Of a stretch of DNA of 64,000 nucleotides, positions 23,084 to 36,145 are shown piece after piece; position 1 is the first letter of the stretch; the number at the start of each line of letters is the position of its first letter. A program made the translations under genes and the position numbers. This DNA is from Lama glama (taxonomy: Eukaryota). Under the pieces are notes generated by a model. The model was not told where the DNA came from. It was given only the letters and a program-made list of their open reading frames with translations, and searched no databases. The stretch lies in contig CM052816.1 in assembly GCA_028534125.1 (NCBI GenBank), positions 30,320,001 through 30,384,000 of the forward strand, written 5' to 3'.

Positions 23084-26000
23084 TTACTCTGCAGTGATGA
23101 GGCCCACCATGGTTTATCAGATCATTTGTGATTTAAGGTGGAGTTTCTTAGGAAGTATACTGGGAGGATTGGGATTGAGATAGTGGCAGGGCCCTGGACA
23201 AGGACAGTTTTTCTTGTCCATCCTCTTTAAGCTTGGCTCAGTGGGATAGTCTTCCTTCCTTGACCCTAGGTGGCAACTCTGGTTGGTCTCATGACTTTTC
23301 CTCTAGGTAACGCATGCGTACGTCCTGATGCTGCTTTAAGCTGCAAGCACAGTGATTCAATTCAGTGTTTAGAATGTAAAATTTAAGATACTGACAAAAA
23401 CACTGATTTTGCTTTCAGAAATGGTTAAAGTTGAAGTTCTTAGTTGGCCTAGATGAAAATTAAAGCTGAATCTTTCTCTCTGGAGGTATTTTTGTAGCTT
23501 CTTCATAGGGTTTTTCACAGGGCCCTTGGCCGCAGGGCTGGCACTGTATTCCGCTCTGTTCCCTGTGTTCTCTTTGCATTAACTTCTCAGCTCCTGATCT
23601 TTGATGGTGGACGTCTAGGCTGTCTCTGCTGATGTCTTCTGCTGTTTTTCTCTTCCTGTGGCCTCATCTCTTCCCCTGGGAACTCACATACCCACCTTGG
23701 ACTAACTCAGAAATGGTCCCAACGCAGCAGTAGACTGACCCCAACACAGACCGTATACTCCTGGCTCTGTCATTGATGACGCTAGTTGGCTCCTGTCTTG
23801 TTCTCTAGATTTTCTTGTTTGAGAGTTAGATGCAAATTCTTGAAGCTTTAGTTTTTGAAAAGTATAGTCAGACATTAATTCTGTACCCCTCAATATTTCA
23901 GAATACACAAGGCCAAGATCACTAAATCATCCCCCTGGAGCTTTCCCAGTGTACCTTAACATGAAGATGCAGGGGGCGCATCTCCCCTCACTCTTCCATT
24001 GGGAGGGAAAATGTCCGTAAAGCACTATGAAGACCTTTCTCTACAGAAAACCTCCTTTTTCAGTATTGCTGGCCCCATGTATATTCTTGAACTTTGGAAA
24101 AGTTAGTGGGACATTTGATCATAGATTTGTCTAGGGTATGTGGTGGTCTGTCTAATACACATTTCATTACCATTCTTTTACATAACTTGAGTTTGTTTAA
24201 AGAAAGGCTTTTATAGTTTTCAGAAGTTTGCCAACTATTAGTCAGTGGTATAGATTTAATTAAATACAGGGAAAACCCAGCAAGAAGAGTTTAACTTTAT
24301 AAAATTAAGAATTTAAAGATCTTTTTTCTGCAAATCAACTTTTCTACTCATTATCTTTAGAGAGTTGACCTAGAGTTCAAACAGTGGGTAAAACTCATGC
24401 CCTTATTGAAAATCTAGGAAAATAACCTTTCAAATGACCTATGGAAATAACCTTCATCTTTTTGAAATCAAGAAGAATTTCAAATCAGATTCTGCACTCA
24501 TGTTGACTATTAATATTCAGAATATCCCCCTGGGATTTGGAATATATTTTCTGTTTAGTGATTTGTATAAGATAATTGCTCTTGTGCATGCTCATGTTTG
24601 AAATTAATTGAAATTATAGAAAACAGTACTATTTATATTTGAGTAAATGGCCATAGTCTTTGAGATAGAAATAACCTCGGAGAGCATTTAGCTCAACACT
24701 TTCACTTTATAGATAAATATATTGTTATGTATTATTATTGTTATAACAATACTCATATTTACATAGAATTTTGCAGAATATGGGAACCCAGAGAATTTAT
24801 TAGCAGTCTTGTTAGAACCCACATTTTCAAATTCTCAGCCTACATCTTTATAGTATTGCACAATGATTGGTAATTCATAATTCACCTTGGGAAACTGGGT
24901 GGTAAAATTGAAATATTTATGCTATAAAGTATAAAGTGTATTTCTATTCTAGTCCTCTAAAGATACCAGTTATTAACCTCATGAAAAATATCATGACAAT
25001 TTCCTTTTAATTTCAGGAGCAAACCCAACCACATCTATGTAAACAAAAGGAGAAGGCATATAATGTAACGGAGCACGTGCACACGGGCTTCTAAACTATT
25101 GAAGTGATAGAATTTTTCAGTTTTAAGAAAAACAAATACGTCATTTTCTACCAAATTCATAATAGAACATTTAGAAATAAACTTCTTTTCCTGAATTTTT
25201 ACTTTCCTATTTTCTGTCAGCGTTATAAAAAATGGTTATTCAGTTAATCAGCCTGTTGATCATCAGAAAGTAGAAATACATAGATTTTCTTTCCTGACTT
25301 GTTTTCTTCCCTTACTTGGATCTTGCTTACCTGTGCAAGCCTTAATGACAGTCCTTCTGTATCAGCCCTTGTGTTGTTCCAGGTTCTAAGTCAGACTGCT
25401 TAATAGGTGAAGAGAGTAAAAGTAAAGCATAAAATAGCTAGAGATAAACACACTGTGAATACCTGGGGAGTTTTAAAAAGGGGTTTGTAGGCTACTTACA
25501 TGCAAATGAAGGCATTTAATTGTAATGTGTCTTCAGTGATAAATGGGGAAAACAGTCTTGAATAAATTTTCCGTTATAAAATGAGAAATTGTCATGCTTT
25601 GCCCTTTTCATTTGTTCCCTGAGAAAGGTGAACTTATCTAAAAAAATTTACGCCAGGAGAACTGCTTTTATTTAGCTAATGAACTACCATAATTTGGGAA
25701 ATGGCACTGTGTTGAGTGGTATTAGACAGCAGGAATAATAATACTTTTACATTATTAAATTAATAGTAGAATTTTTGAACTAATTTTATTCTCAATCAGT
25801 TTTTCCCAGAAAATAATGAGTGACAGGTAAGAGCGGTCACAAGGGTTGCACAGACTTACGCATAAGCCTGGACAACCTCTCACTGTCCCATAAAGACCGC
25901 AGGTCCCCAGGGTGATAGGTCACGTTCATATTGGAAATAAGCTTTTTGAGTTCAGGGTTAAGAACCCACTCCTGTACCAGAAGCTGTTTTCTGAAGTGTC

Positions 26001-27864
26001 AGCAGAGCAGATGCTGCCTTCTAGAAAAGGAGCAATTCATTAAAGGTCCTGTCCAGTCTTAAGCTGTAGCAGACAGGATGTGGAATTGGTATATTAGGGT
26101 AAGAAATGGGATATTTTTGGAGTCTAACAACTACTCTTGCTCACACACAAGTTCTGCCTGGGAAAAAAGAGGGAAATCAAGTGTGACCTGAGCAAGAGGC
26201 AGTTGGCAAACAATGGAAGAGTCAAGGGCACAAACTCGATTACAAGAGCAGAACCTTTTCTATGTTGTAGTATCACAATTAATTCCATAGTCATATTTTC
26301 CTATTACAGTTAGTATATTTATGTTGCTATGAAAGTCACTTTGTCATTATCAGTTTTGGGTTTTTTTTTGGCTAGGATAACACCGAAAATACACAGCAGT
26401 TTCTTTTTACTGATGCTATTAAACTGCGAGATACATTTACAGAATAGTTTCAAAACCACCTTTTTAAGTGAATCCATTTTTTTCTAAGAATACACATTGC
26501 AGGTCATCTTTAAATTCACTTAGAGTCCTTGACTATGGAATATAATAAAACTCAGTTGTTGAAAAAGAAATCAACCGCTGCATTTTATAAAAGATGCTCA
26601 GCTTTACCAAATAGAGGCTTTATTGTTTTGCTCTAGGCTAGGGTTCATGTTGGATAGTGCAGTTTTTTTTTCCTCTACCACTGTAGCCTAGTTTCACATG
26701 CATGAACCCAAAGGGTGATATCTCTGAAGAGGTGGTGTTAGTTTAAGTAAAACAACAAAAGCATTTTTTTGTGAGGAAAGAAGATTTGAATGCGCCTCAT
26801 GAAATTAATACTAAGTTTTCTGTCATCTACCTTATTACTTTGGTAGATGACTCACATTAAAGGCAACAGAGCAAGGAGTCAGCAACCTGGGTTTTGCCAC
26901 ATCTGCAGTGCTGCAGATACACGTTTCCTGCAGCTTACACAGAAATTATCTATGTTTAGTCCACTTTCTTAGAATATCTGTGAACTGGACTAGAAATTAT
27001 GCCTTTATTATGATTCTTCAAGGTGTTGCTTTTTCAAACTATGAGTGGAAACCATAGCTATTAATAAGCAAAACCAGAAAACCAGCAAATACTAAACAAT
27101 CATTGTTGATACATTGTATCAGTATTTGCATGTGTGCATAAAAATAGGTAAAAAAAAAACTTCTTTTGAAAATGCTGGAAAAAAATAATGAGTTCACATT
27201 TATTACTTTGTAACTAATTTGAAATCACATGTAAATCAATAATGTTTCATTTTTTAAAACAGATATAGGTTTGTACTCCTCCCTGAAAAGATACTAAATG
27301 TTGCCTTTATTGAGTGGGGAAGTTTACTTAAAATGCCTCTTCCAGACATTTTCAGGGACCACACATGTTTCCTAAACTCTCATTTATGAGCCATAATCCT
27401 GAGTGTCCTATAGGTTCTGAAGTGGTTAAATGAAGTAATTTAGTATCAGAAGGCGAGCCTGACCCATGGCAGTTCGGTTTCTCTTTAGCTAGCTGTAACT
27501 CTGTAGCATGTTACTGTGTTATCTCTAATAAGGCTGGTCTCTGTAAGCACTGTTAATTGGCTCATTGATGAAGTCATGTGATGACTTGTCCTCACAAACG
27601 AAACAAACAAAAAGCCCCAGCTTCCCAATGGTAGATTTTTAATCTGTATATCCTTTAGAGATGGTGCTGAGAAATCAGGAAGAAATTGGCCTACAGGGAT
27701 CTAAAGCTAAGAATTCACTTCCTTGTGTAATGAACACAGTAAGCAGATGACTGAAAGCAAACTAACCTATATTCCAAGCAGCAACATAATGGCTTTCTGA
27801 AAAATTAGCTCAAATTACCTTTTCCTGATCCAGTGTAGAATGATATTATGCATATATCATTTCT

Positions 27865-28787
27865 GCAGTATTGTGATTTGTAAGAAATATTTATTTGGTC
27901 ATCAGATGACCAAAATGTATTTCTCGTGTATATTTGGTTTTCATCCACAGTTGCTGACTCACAGCTCCCAAAATTCTTGTAATTTCCTAAGGGTTGAGAG
28001 TGAAAAAGGTATCTTTTGTTATGTTAATGAGATGACTTTTGGAAAGCACCTAAGAGTGGAAGCCGTTTGCTAAGGGAGCCAACCAGGTGTTTAGAGGGCT
28101 CTTAGTTCCACCCCCTGACCACTGGGGAAGGGAGATCCCCCCAGATTGAATAAATCCTGAGTGACCAATGATTCAATCAATCGCATCTTTGTAATGAAGC
28201 CTTCATAAAACCCCAAAAAGACTGGTTTGGAGGGCTTCTAGGTTAGTGAACACGTGGTTACTGCGGGAAGTGAGATGCCTAAACAGGGCGTTGGAAGCTC
28301 TGAGCCCTTTCTCTATGCCTTACCCTGTGCATCTCTTCCATCTAGCTGTTTCTGAGTTTTATCCTTTATAATAAACTGGTAATCTAGTTAGTAACATGCT
28401 TCTCTGAGTTCTGTGAGCTGCTCTAGCAAATTAATCAAACTCTAGGAGAAGGTCTTGAGAACCTCTGATTTATAGCCAGTTGGTCCGAAGTACAAGTAAC
28501 AACCTAGAACTGAAGTTGGCATCCTGAGTAGGAGGGGGTCCGTTGGAACCTCCACTCTGTAGCCATTTGGTGAGAAGCACAGGTTCACAGCTTGGGCTTG
28601 CAACTGGTGTCAAAAGATGTAGTGTTGGGTGGGGGAGTCCTACAAGACTGAACCCTTAACCTGTGGAAGAATCTGATGCCATCTCTAGGTAGACAGTGTC
28701 ATAACTGACACTCTACTGGTTTCTGAGAATTGATTGTTGGTGTGGGGGGAACCCCCAGCCCCACATTGGAAATTGACTCTCAGAACA
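27865..28787 (+). mobile_element. MER21-like LTR
   Basis: gtattgtgatttgtaagaaatatttatttggtc...tgttatgttaatgagatgact...ccctgtgcatctcttccatctagctgtt...ataataaactggtaa...ctctgagttctgtgagctgctctagcaaattaatcaaac. Confidence 0.85.
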
Positions 28788-29364
28788 TTCAAAATAGACA
28801 CTGAAGTTGATTTCCCCTGTTTAGCATTTATTCTGGAGGAAATTTCACATCAGGTGTGGTGTTGTGTTGAAATTTCAGACACTGTGTATTCCATTAAACC
28901 AGGACTAGACATCTGGTTCCACAGAGGCACCAGCTTACTGGGCATCATTTTGTGCCTACATTGTCTTTGGGCTGATGCTCTGTAGATGCTGCTGGTCAGG
29001 AAGTCACAGGGCTCCAGCTCATTGAGGTGGGTCAGTGAATGTTTATAGTGGCTGCATTCATAACATCAGTGAACGTTACCAATACACTTAGGGAGCAATA
29101 AGATTTACTCCTGTGAGTCTCCAGTGTTATGAAACTGTCTTTGTGACCAGGACCATTGAAAATAACCCAGGTCTTAGATTCCTGACTTTAAAGTAGATAA
29201 CATTTATTGAACTCCTTTTGTTGTAGTAATGTTTACGTAGCTTTTTTTTTTCCCTTTGTTAAGTTCTTTTGAGACACTGAGATTGTAGCAATGTAATGGT
29301 AGATTTATATGATTTTGAGAATTCATGATATTTTGTATTTCTTTAAGTCCTTACACTGAAAAGC

Positions 29365-29391
29365 ATATATATTTATATATATATGTGTGTA

Positions 29392-29425
<34 letters not shown>

Positions 29426-29458
29426 CACATATATATATACACACACACATATATATAT
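29365..29458. repeat. Compound (TA)n/(TG)n/(CA)n microsatellite
   Basis: Directly visible dinucleotide arrays. Confidence 0.95.
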
Positions 29459-30439
29459 TCTATAAAAGTCTTGAAGTCTTCCCAAGCAATATTTTTGCTG
29501 ACCCACATCAGGGAAGAAATTTGTACACTCCATGCACTCTGATCTCTTAAAAAATGAAGGGAATTTTTTTAAAGCTATAAAAATCCATCTGTAAAGGTTT
29601 AAAACTAACCAAACAGAAAACTACAAATCTAAAAACAAAAAGCAGACCATACAAGTCATTCAGAACCAACCCTGGGGCTTTGAGCAAGGGTAAAGCAATC
29701 CCATGGAGCCAGTAGATTGTATTTGCATCTAAAAATTGGGTTAAGAGCTAACAAAGTTTACTTTATTCTTAGGTTGGTTAATTCCAAGAAGTAAACACAT
29801 TTCACTTGTCTTCCAGAAGCATCTCTCAGTTATTCAGGGCCTTACAGGAGATCTTCCATGTTGCTCGGTCAATTTTTGCTATGCAATTTGACCCCAGAGA
29901 AAGCCTTAGGTTTGAAAGTGATGGTTCCCGATCCTTTGCTCTCATATCTTATAGTGGATTCCAAGCTATCCACATGCAGGTACACAAACTAGCGTGGTGT
30001 TGACTGTTAGAAATGGTGGAACATCTGATGTCGGTCTAGTGGGTGTGAGGGAGAGCAGGAAAAAACTATTGAAATGACTTCCAAGGAGGTTTATTTGTGA
30101 GTTCTAAGTTAAGGCTTGGCTTGAGCCGGTATTGCTGAATTGGAGGCTCTAATTACTTTATAGTGTTGTCATTCAAATACAAGAAGTCACACGTTTCATT
30201 GTTGTGGGTCTAGGCAAATGGTCTTTTGGAGAAAGGGCCAACATGATTAGCCTTGTAAAAGAGGAATAATGCACAAATGACAGGGGTTGGTAAGGTTAAA
30301 CTTGAAGTTGTGGGGGCAGAGGGTGTTCTGTGTAAAGTAGGAACTGAATTGCTGAGCAAGAGTCTTCTCCAGAAGCTCAAGTGATTACTGTTCGCAACAC
30401 ACAGATGCCTGGAGCCCAGGAGGCAAACTTTATGTTGGA

Positions 30440-30570
30440 TAACATTGTAGATTCTGGCTTAAGTCACTAGGGTTCAAATGTGAGCTCTGAACTCATGGTA
30501 TAATTTTAGGTAATTTATTTGACTCTTTGAGCTACAGTTCCTTATCTTTATAACAGGAATTATTAACGTA
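30440..30570 (+). mobile_element. MIR fragment
   Basis: agattctggcttaagtcactagggttcaaatgtgagctctg...ggtaatttatttgactctttgagctacagttccttatc. Confidence 0.55.
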
Positions 30571-31054
30571 TGTAAACAAGTCAAAGTGCTTGTGGCAATG
30601 TGAAAACAAATAATTTTATTTAAATACTGCTTTGGTAAAACTGTTTTTGCACGTGGTTTAGACTGCAGGTAGAGGGCTTAAGTGATTATAGTTGAAGAGA
30701 TGGTGGGAAATCTGCTGATGCTGGAGGTCTAGTACCAGTATGGAGTTTCCCACTCACAAACGAGCAGACAGCAGACAGCTAGGATGAGATGGCAGCCATG
30801 AATATCTTGCTCTAAATCTTCTTTTCTGCCTAAGCATAAATGTGTTGGGTGCTGTCACTGTCCTCTCACTGATGCTAAACCCCCCTCTCTTTCCCTGTTT
30901 CCCTTGTTCCACTTTCATCACTTTTTTTTTTCCTGTCAATTTAAGTTCTGTTGTTAAGCTCCTCCTCACCTCCTCAGCAGTCCTGTTGTGTATAAAGGTG
31001 TATGAGTATAGATGTGTTAATGATGAAAAGGAAGCACAGATTCCTTAAATTAAT

Positions 31055-31880
31055 AAGACTTTTTTAGACAGGTTTTAGGTTTATGGAAGAATTGAGCAAA
31101 AATTAGAGTTCCCATTATTCTTTAATCCTTCCCCACTCCCACCATTTTCCCTGTTACTTACATCTTGTATTAATAAGTACATTTGTTACAAATGATGAGC
31201 CAATAGTGTTATTAACTAAAGTCCACGTTTCAAGTCAGTGCTCATTGTTTGTACTGTATATTTTAATTTCTCTTTTGACTAATGTATAATGACATACATT
31301 AGCATATTATACAGAATAGTTGCACTGGTCCAAACTTCCCCTGAGCTCCACCTATTCATTCCTCTCTCTCTTGTAACCCCTGGAAACCTGTGATCTTTTT
31401 ACTGTCTTTATAGTTTTGCTTTTTTCAGAATGTCATGTAGTTGGAATCATACAGTATGTAGCCCTTTCATGATGGTTTCTTTCACTTAACAATGGGCATT
31501 TGAGGTTCTTCTGTGTCTTTTTGTGGTATGATAGTTCATTGCTTTTTATCACTGAATAATATTGCATTGTATAGATATACCATAGTTTATTTCTTCATTC
31601 AGCTATCTTCAGAGGATATCATAGTTGCTTCCAAGTTTTGACATTTATGAATAAATCATTCACATGCAAGTTCTTGTGTGAACATAAATTTCACTCATTT
31701 GGGTAAACAGAAAAAAGAGCTCTTGCTGCTTCATTGGATAAGGGAATGTTTAGAGTTAAAAGAAACTGCCAATTTGCCTTCCAAAGTGGCACCATTTTGT
31801 ATCCCCACCACCGCTGAGAGTCTCTGTTATTTCACACCTTCACCAGCATTTGGTGTCGTCAGTGTTGTTGGATTCTTTTA
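31055..31880 (-). mobile_element. L1MC1/L1MC2-like 3' end
   Basis: agacttttttagacaggttttaggttt...tacatttgttacaaatgatgagccaata...tgatctttttactgtc...cagaatgtcatgtagttggaatcatacagtatgtagcc. Confidence 0.85.
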
Positions 31881-31899
31881 AACAATCCACTTTCTTGAA

Positions 31900-32326
31900 G
31901 TCTTAGTGTTGATTGCTATAATAAAAAGACTGGAAACATTCAGTGACTTAGTTTATTTCTCTCACATGTGAGCATCCATTGTGATATGGCAGATGGCACT
32001 GCTGTCCTCAGTCATCCAGGGACCCAGACTGAAAGTGGCTTTGCCATCTCCAGTGAATCTTTTTCCAAGATCACTCTTCTCATGAACTTCCCAGGCAACA
32101 AAGGAGAGAAAAACATGCTATGGAGATACAACCACTTTTTAAATGTTTCAGCCTAGAAGTGGGATGAACAGATTCCATGATGAAAACTAGTCATGTGCCT
32201 ATACCTAGCTGTAAGGTCAGCCGGGAAACATAGTCCCTGTCTGGCCAGTGGCTCCCAAGCAACAACTTGATTAGCATGGGGAAAATCAGAGCAGATTTTG
32301 GAGACTGTCTAGTGATCTTCTACACA
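31900..32326 (-). mobile_element. Old MLT1 (MLT1K-like) LTR
   Basis: gtttatttctctcacat...cagtcatccagggacccagactga...aactagtcatgtgcctatacctagctgtaagg...agtgatcttctacaca. Confidence 0.65.
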
Positions 32327-33991
32327 TTTGCTGGAAAAGTTTATTGTATCAGTTGTGATCAAATGAATTTTATCATTGTGTCATTTCAGGCACTAATGAC
32401 AATGCAGTTAAGGAAGAAAAACAGCCAGGATTTCCTGGAGTCAGTGATGATTGGCATAAATTTGTCTAAGACATACTGTGATCATTGGCTTTTAACATTC
32501 AACTTCCTCAGTTAATACTTTTCCCAGGGCTTGAATAAGATGATGGGGTATCCCATTCTCTTATCTTCCAGAAAGCTATGGTTCTGAGGAGGAGAAGGCT
32601 AGTCTAACTTAATTGGAAAATAAAAAGCAAACAATATACTTTTCAGCCTGTTCGTTCTGGTGGGTGAAAAGGGGGCCAGCAAGAAAATAATTACAGATTT
32701 CTGAATCCAGTCATCTCTGTGTACTCCTGTTGCTCTTTCCCTCCTTGTGCACACAGTAATTTAGGTTTTGTTTTGACAAGAACATAGAGGTATTTATAAA
32801 CTGAGAGGCAATATTTAGAGATTTAGTGAGTATCTTGCCAGAAAAAAATAAGTGCCCTAAAGTTTTGAAAGCATGGTTAAATCAAGGTACCAATCATCAC
32901 TAGTTGACTGGAATCATGAGGACTATTTACAAATAAAGTTTAAATAAATTAATATCTTTAAAAGGCAATCCAAATATGCATTTAATTGACAGGCCCTCCA
33001 AATCTGTTTGGCATAATATTGCATACACAAGAAAAACCTAATTTGTCAATAGTTACTTAATCATACCAGTAGATTAGCAAGTATCAGCAATTTTATTGTC
33101 AATTTGCCCTTTCTTCCTATTATAAAATGTACTCAGTTGATATATTTCCACATTCCCTTGGGAGCAAAGAAAAAAGGAAGGGAGGAGGGAAGGAAAGGTC
33201 AGAGGTAACAAGGGATGAAGGGACAGAAGCAGGAAGGAAGAGAGAGCTTTAAACTAGATGCTTGAGTTTTAAAATAGCAAGAAAACACTTGTTAGTTGTC
33301 ACCAGTGTAATAATTGTTTGTTACCATCCTAGCAGTTTTCTAAAAGGAGTAAACTGTAGGCAGATGCTGTGTATTCAATTTACAGTCTGCAGTTGGTTTA
33401 TGCCAAAACTCCAACAGAACTTAAGTCTGTCTTTCTGAGACTTCTCTCTCCTTTAGGGTCATTGGGCTGAGATTTATTCAGCCTGAATTGAGTAATTCTG
33501 TCTTTCTCTGGGAAGATATCAGGAATATACTTGAATTTTTTTTTAATTCAAAATTATTTCTGGCTGCCAGATTGTCTTTCTTATGAATAAAAACAATTTC
33601 TGAAATGAACCACTGTATGATTCTGAAGACCAAATCTATGAACCAGACACATAAGCTCTAGCAAAATTTAATCTGTACACCAGTTTTGATCAGTCATTAA
33701 TGTTAAATAAGCAAATACCATATATTTTAAAAAGACAACTATCCTATTCAGATGTTTTATATACTACTCCTTTTAGGATCAAGGAAGAGATTTTAAAAAG
33801 TTGTCAGTAATTATTTTCTCAGAGAGAAACCATTTGTGGCAACCTGTGAGTGGCAATCAAAAAAATGTGTTTTGAGCATGCCTTTATTCTAGAGCTATAA
33901 TTGGTTCTCAAAACCAGAGATGTTGGCAGCATTATTTCCTGTTTTTATGGATCTGTCTCTTTAATACTTGTCCCGTTAAAGGCTACTCAAC

Positions 33992-34888
33992 TTTTTTTCT
34001 TTCTTTTTTGGAAATATAGATGATTTACCATATTATGTGTTTCAAGTGTACAACATAGTGGTTCAATATTTTTATAGATTATACTATTTTATATTTTAGA
34101 ACTTACTATAAGATATTGGCTATATTTCCTGTGCTGTATAATATATCCTTGTAGCTTGTTTGTTTTATACATACTAGTTTGTCCCTTTTAATCTCCTACC
34201 CTTATCTTGCTCCTCTTCCCTTCCCTTTCTCCACTGGGAACCACAAGTTTGTTCTCTGTATCTGTGAGTCTGCTTCTGTTTTGTCATTCATTTCTTTGTT
34301 TTATTATTTAGATTCTGCATGTAAGTGATAACATACACTATTAGTCTTTCTCTGATTCATTTCACTAAGGGTAATACCTTTCAGGTCTGCCTATGTTATT
34401 GAAAATGGCAAAAGGTTATTGTTTTTATGGCTGAGTAATATTCCATTGTGTATGGATACCACATCTTTATTTATGTATCTGTTGATGGACATTTAAGTTG
34501 CTTCCATATCAAGACTATTGTAAATAATACTGCTGTGAATATTGGGGTGCATATATCTTTTTGATTAGAATTTTTGTTTTCTTCAGATCTATCAGTGGAA
34601 CTGCTGTATCATATGGTAGTTGTTTTTTGAGCATGCTCCATACCGTTTTCCATAGTGGCTGCACCAATTTACATTCCCACCAACCGTGTCCAAGGGTTCC
34701 CTTTTCTCCTCGCCAGCATTTGTTGCTTGTGGCCTTTCTGATGATGGCCACTCTGGCAGATGTGAGGTGATATCTTACTGTGGTTTTGATTTGCATTTCC
34801 TTGATGATTAGTGATGCGGAGCATCTTTTCATGTGTCTTTTAGCCATCTGTACGTCTTGTTTGGAGAAATGTCGATTCAGGTCTTCTG
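33992..34888 (-). mobile_element. 5'-truncated L1 3' end with a degenerate TSD
   Basis: ORF 34515..34901 reads [41 protein letters not shown] (L1 ORF2). T-tract at the left. ctactcaa flanks both sides (33983-33990 and 34894-34901). Confidence 0.93.
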
Positions 34889-35979
34889 GAGGTCTACTCA
34901 AGTTTGAGACTGTATCAAACTGTGTGGAGAAGGAAGCACAGCAGCCTGATTGACAACGTAGTGCTTCCTTTTCTGCACATCACCTTGTTTACTAGTTTTT
35001 CTTCCATGCACCTCTTGGCAGGTACACTCTCTGTTTCTTCCTTATTAGAAACAACATGGCAGACTTAAGATATTTCAAGAATCCAGCCTTTTTATTGTTA
35101 TAATTCAAACTAAAGAGAAGCTGTCCTTAAATGAGGCCAGTTTGAAATTGGCCAGCTTGTTTCATGAAGCTGCTCTGAGTAACCAACTTCTGAATGTTAA
35201 AACTGTTTTTCTGCTTTAGTTCACCTAGTGGCTCCTGATTCCAGTAAGCTCTGTTCTATTGAGTCCAGTGTTCTCTTAGGTCAAGAGGTGATAAAGTTCA
35301 TGTTTATGAAACCATGGCATTTTAGAGATGACATCTGTCATAGAGCTATGAGAAGAGTCATTGTCATAAAAAATAACTCAGCTATAAGCTAGTTTCAACT
35401 GCTTTCTTTTTAGGAAAAAAATGGTACTTAAACTTTTTGGTATGTGTTTGAAAATTTCACAAAACAATTATTTTTAATATCATGGTTCAAATTTTCTGAA
35501 AAATGCATTGATCAAGGAGAGAAACCAAATTATAGTCTTTCCAATTTCTTAGAAAATAATGATCTAGAATTAATCTTCTTATCTGGTATATAGTGTCCTT
35601 ATTAGTTGGTTAAATAATAGCTCCCCACACACAGGAGGGTGATATATGAGGCTCATTTCCAACCTAAATTGTAGTCATTTCCTGCTTGTTAATAAAATAA
35701 AAGAAGATGAAAAACCTCAGCAATGTGATGTTTCTTCAGTAACTCTAGAAACTTACAAGCAATGGCAGAGAGAGCTGTACCCTACACTGATGCATTTTTT
35801 GGTACATCACTACGTATACTCATTAAATACCATTAACTAAAATCAGAGAGAAATAGGTATTTTAGTTTATTTCTATCATTTTGCCTAATTATATTTCAAG
35901 TTTACTTATAAAATGGAGGCAGAAATAGTGCATTAAAACTGTTTAGCCTTTTAAACTTCTCTAAAACCTTTTCCCAAAA

Positions 35980-36145
35980 AAACATCATTTGATCTTCCAC
36001 AGTAACCTTGTGGGAAAGCGGATATTAATCGGATTAGCCCCTTTCATTATAGAGGCAATACTGGGGCCCAGAGAAATTGTGTGACAAGTGTTAATTACAA
36101 AGACAATAAGTGGCAAAGTAGAAATTGAATCTAAGTCTTGTGATT
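35980..36145 (-). mobile_element. MIR fragment
   Basis: catcatttgatcttccacagtaaccttgtg...tatagaggcaatactggggcccagagaaatt...aagtggcaaagtagaaattgaatc. Confidence 0.6.

Noticed and set aside
6325..23089. Two LTR insertions share a similar target (TACTC and TTACTC)
   Set aside because: Different element classes and TSD lengths; two cases cannot show target preference.
23960..23985. CAGGGGGCGC CTCF-like core
   Set aside because: Lacks the upstream CCAC/CCGC part of the motif.
29806..30003. Possible plus-strand exon (acceptor ...gtcttccag; peptide SISQLFRALQEIFHVARS...)
   Set aside because: Weak donor sites and no recognisable protein similarity.
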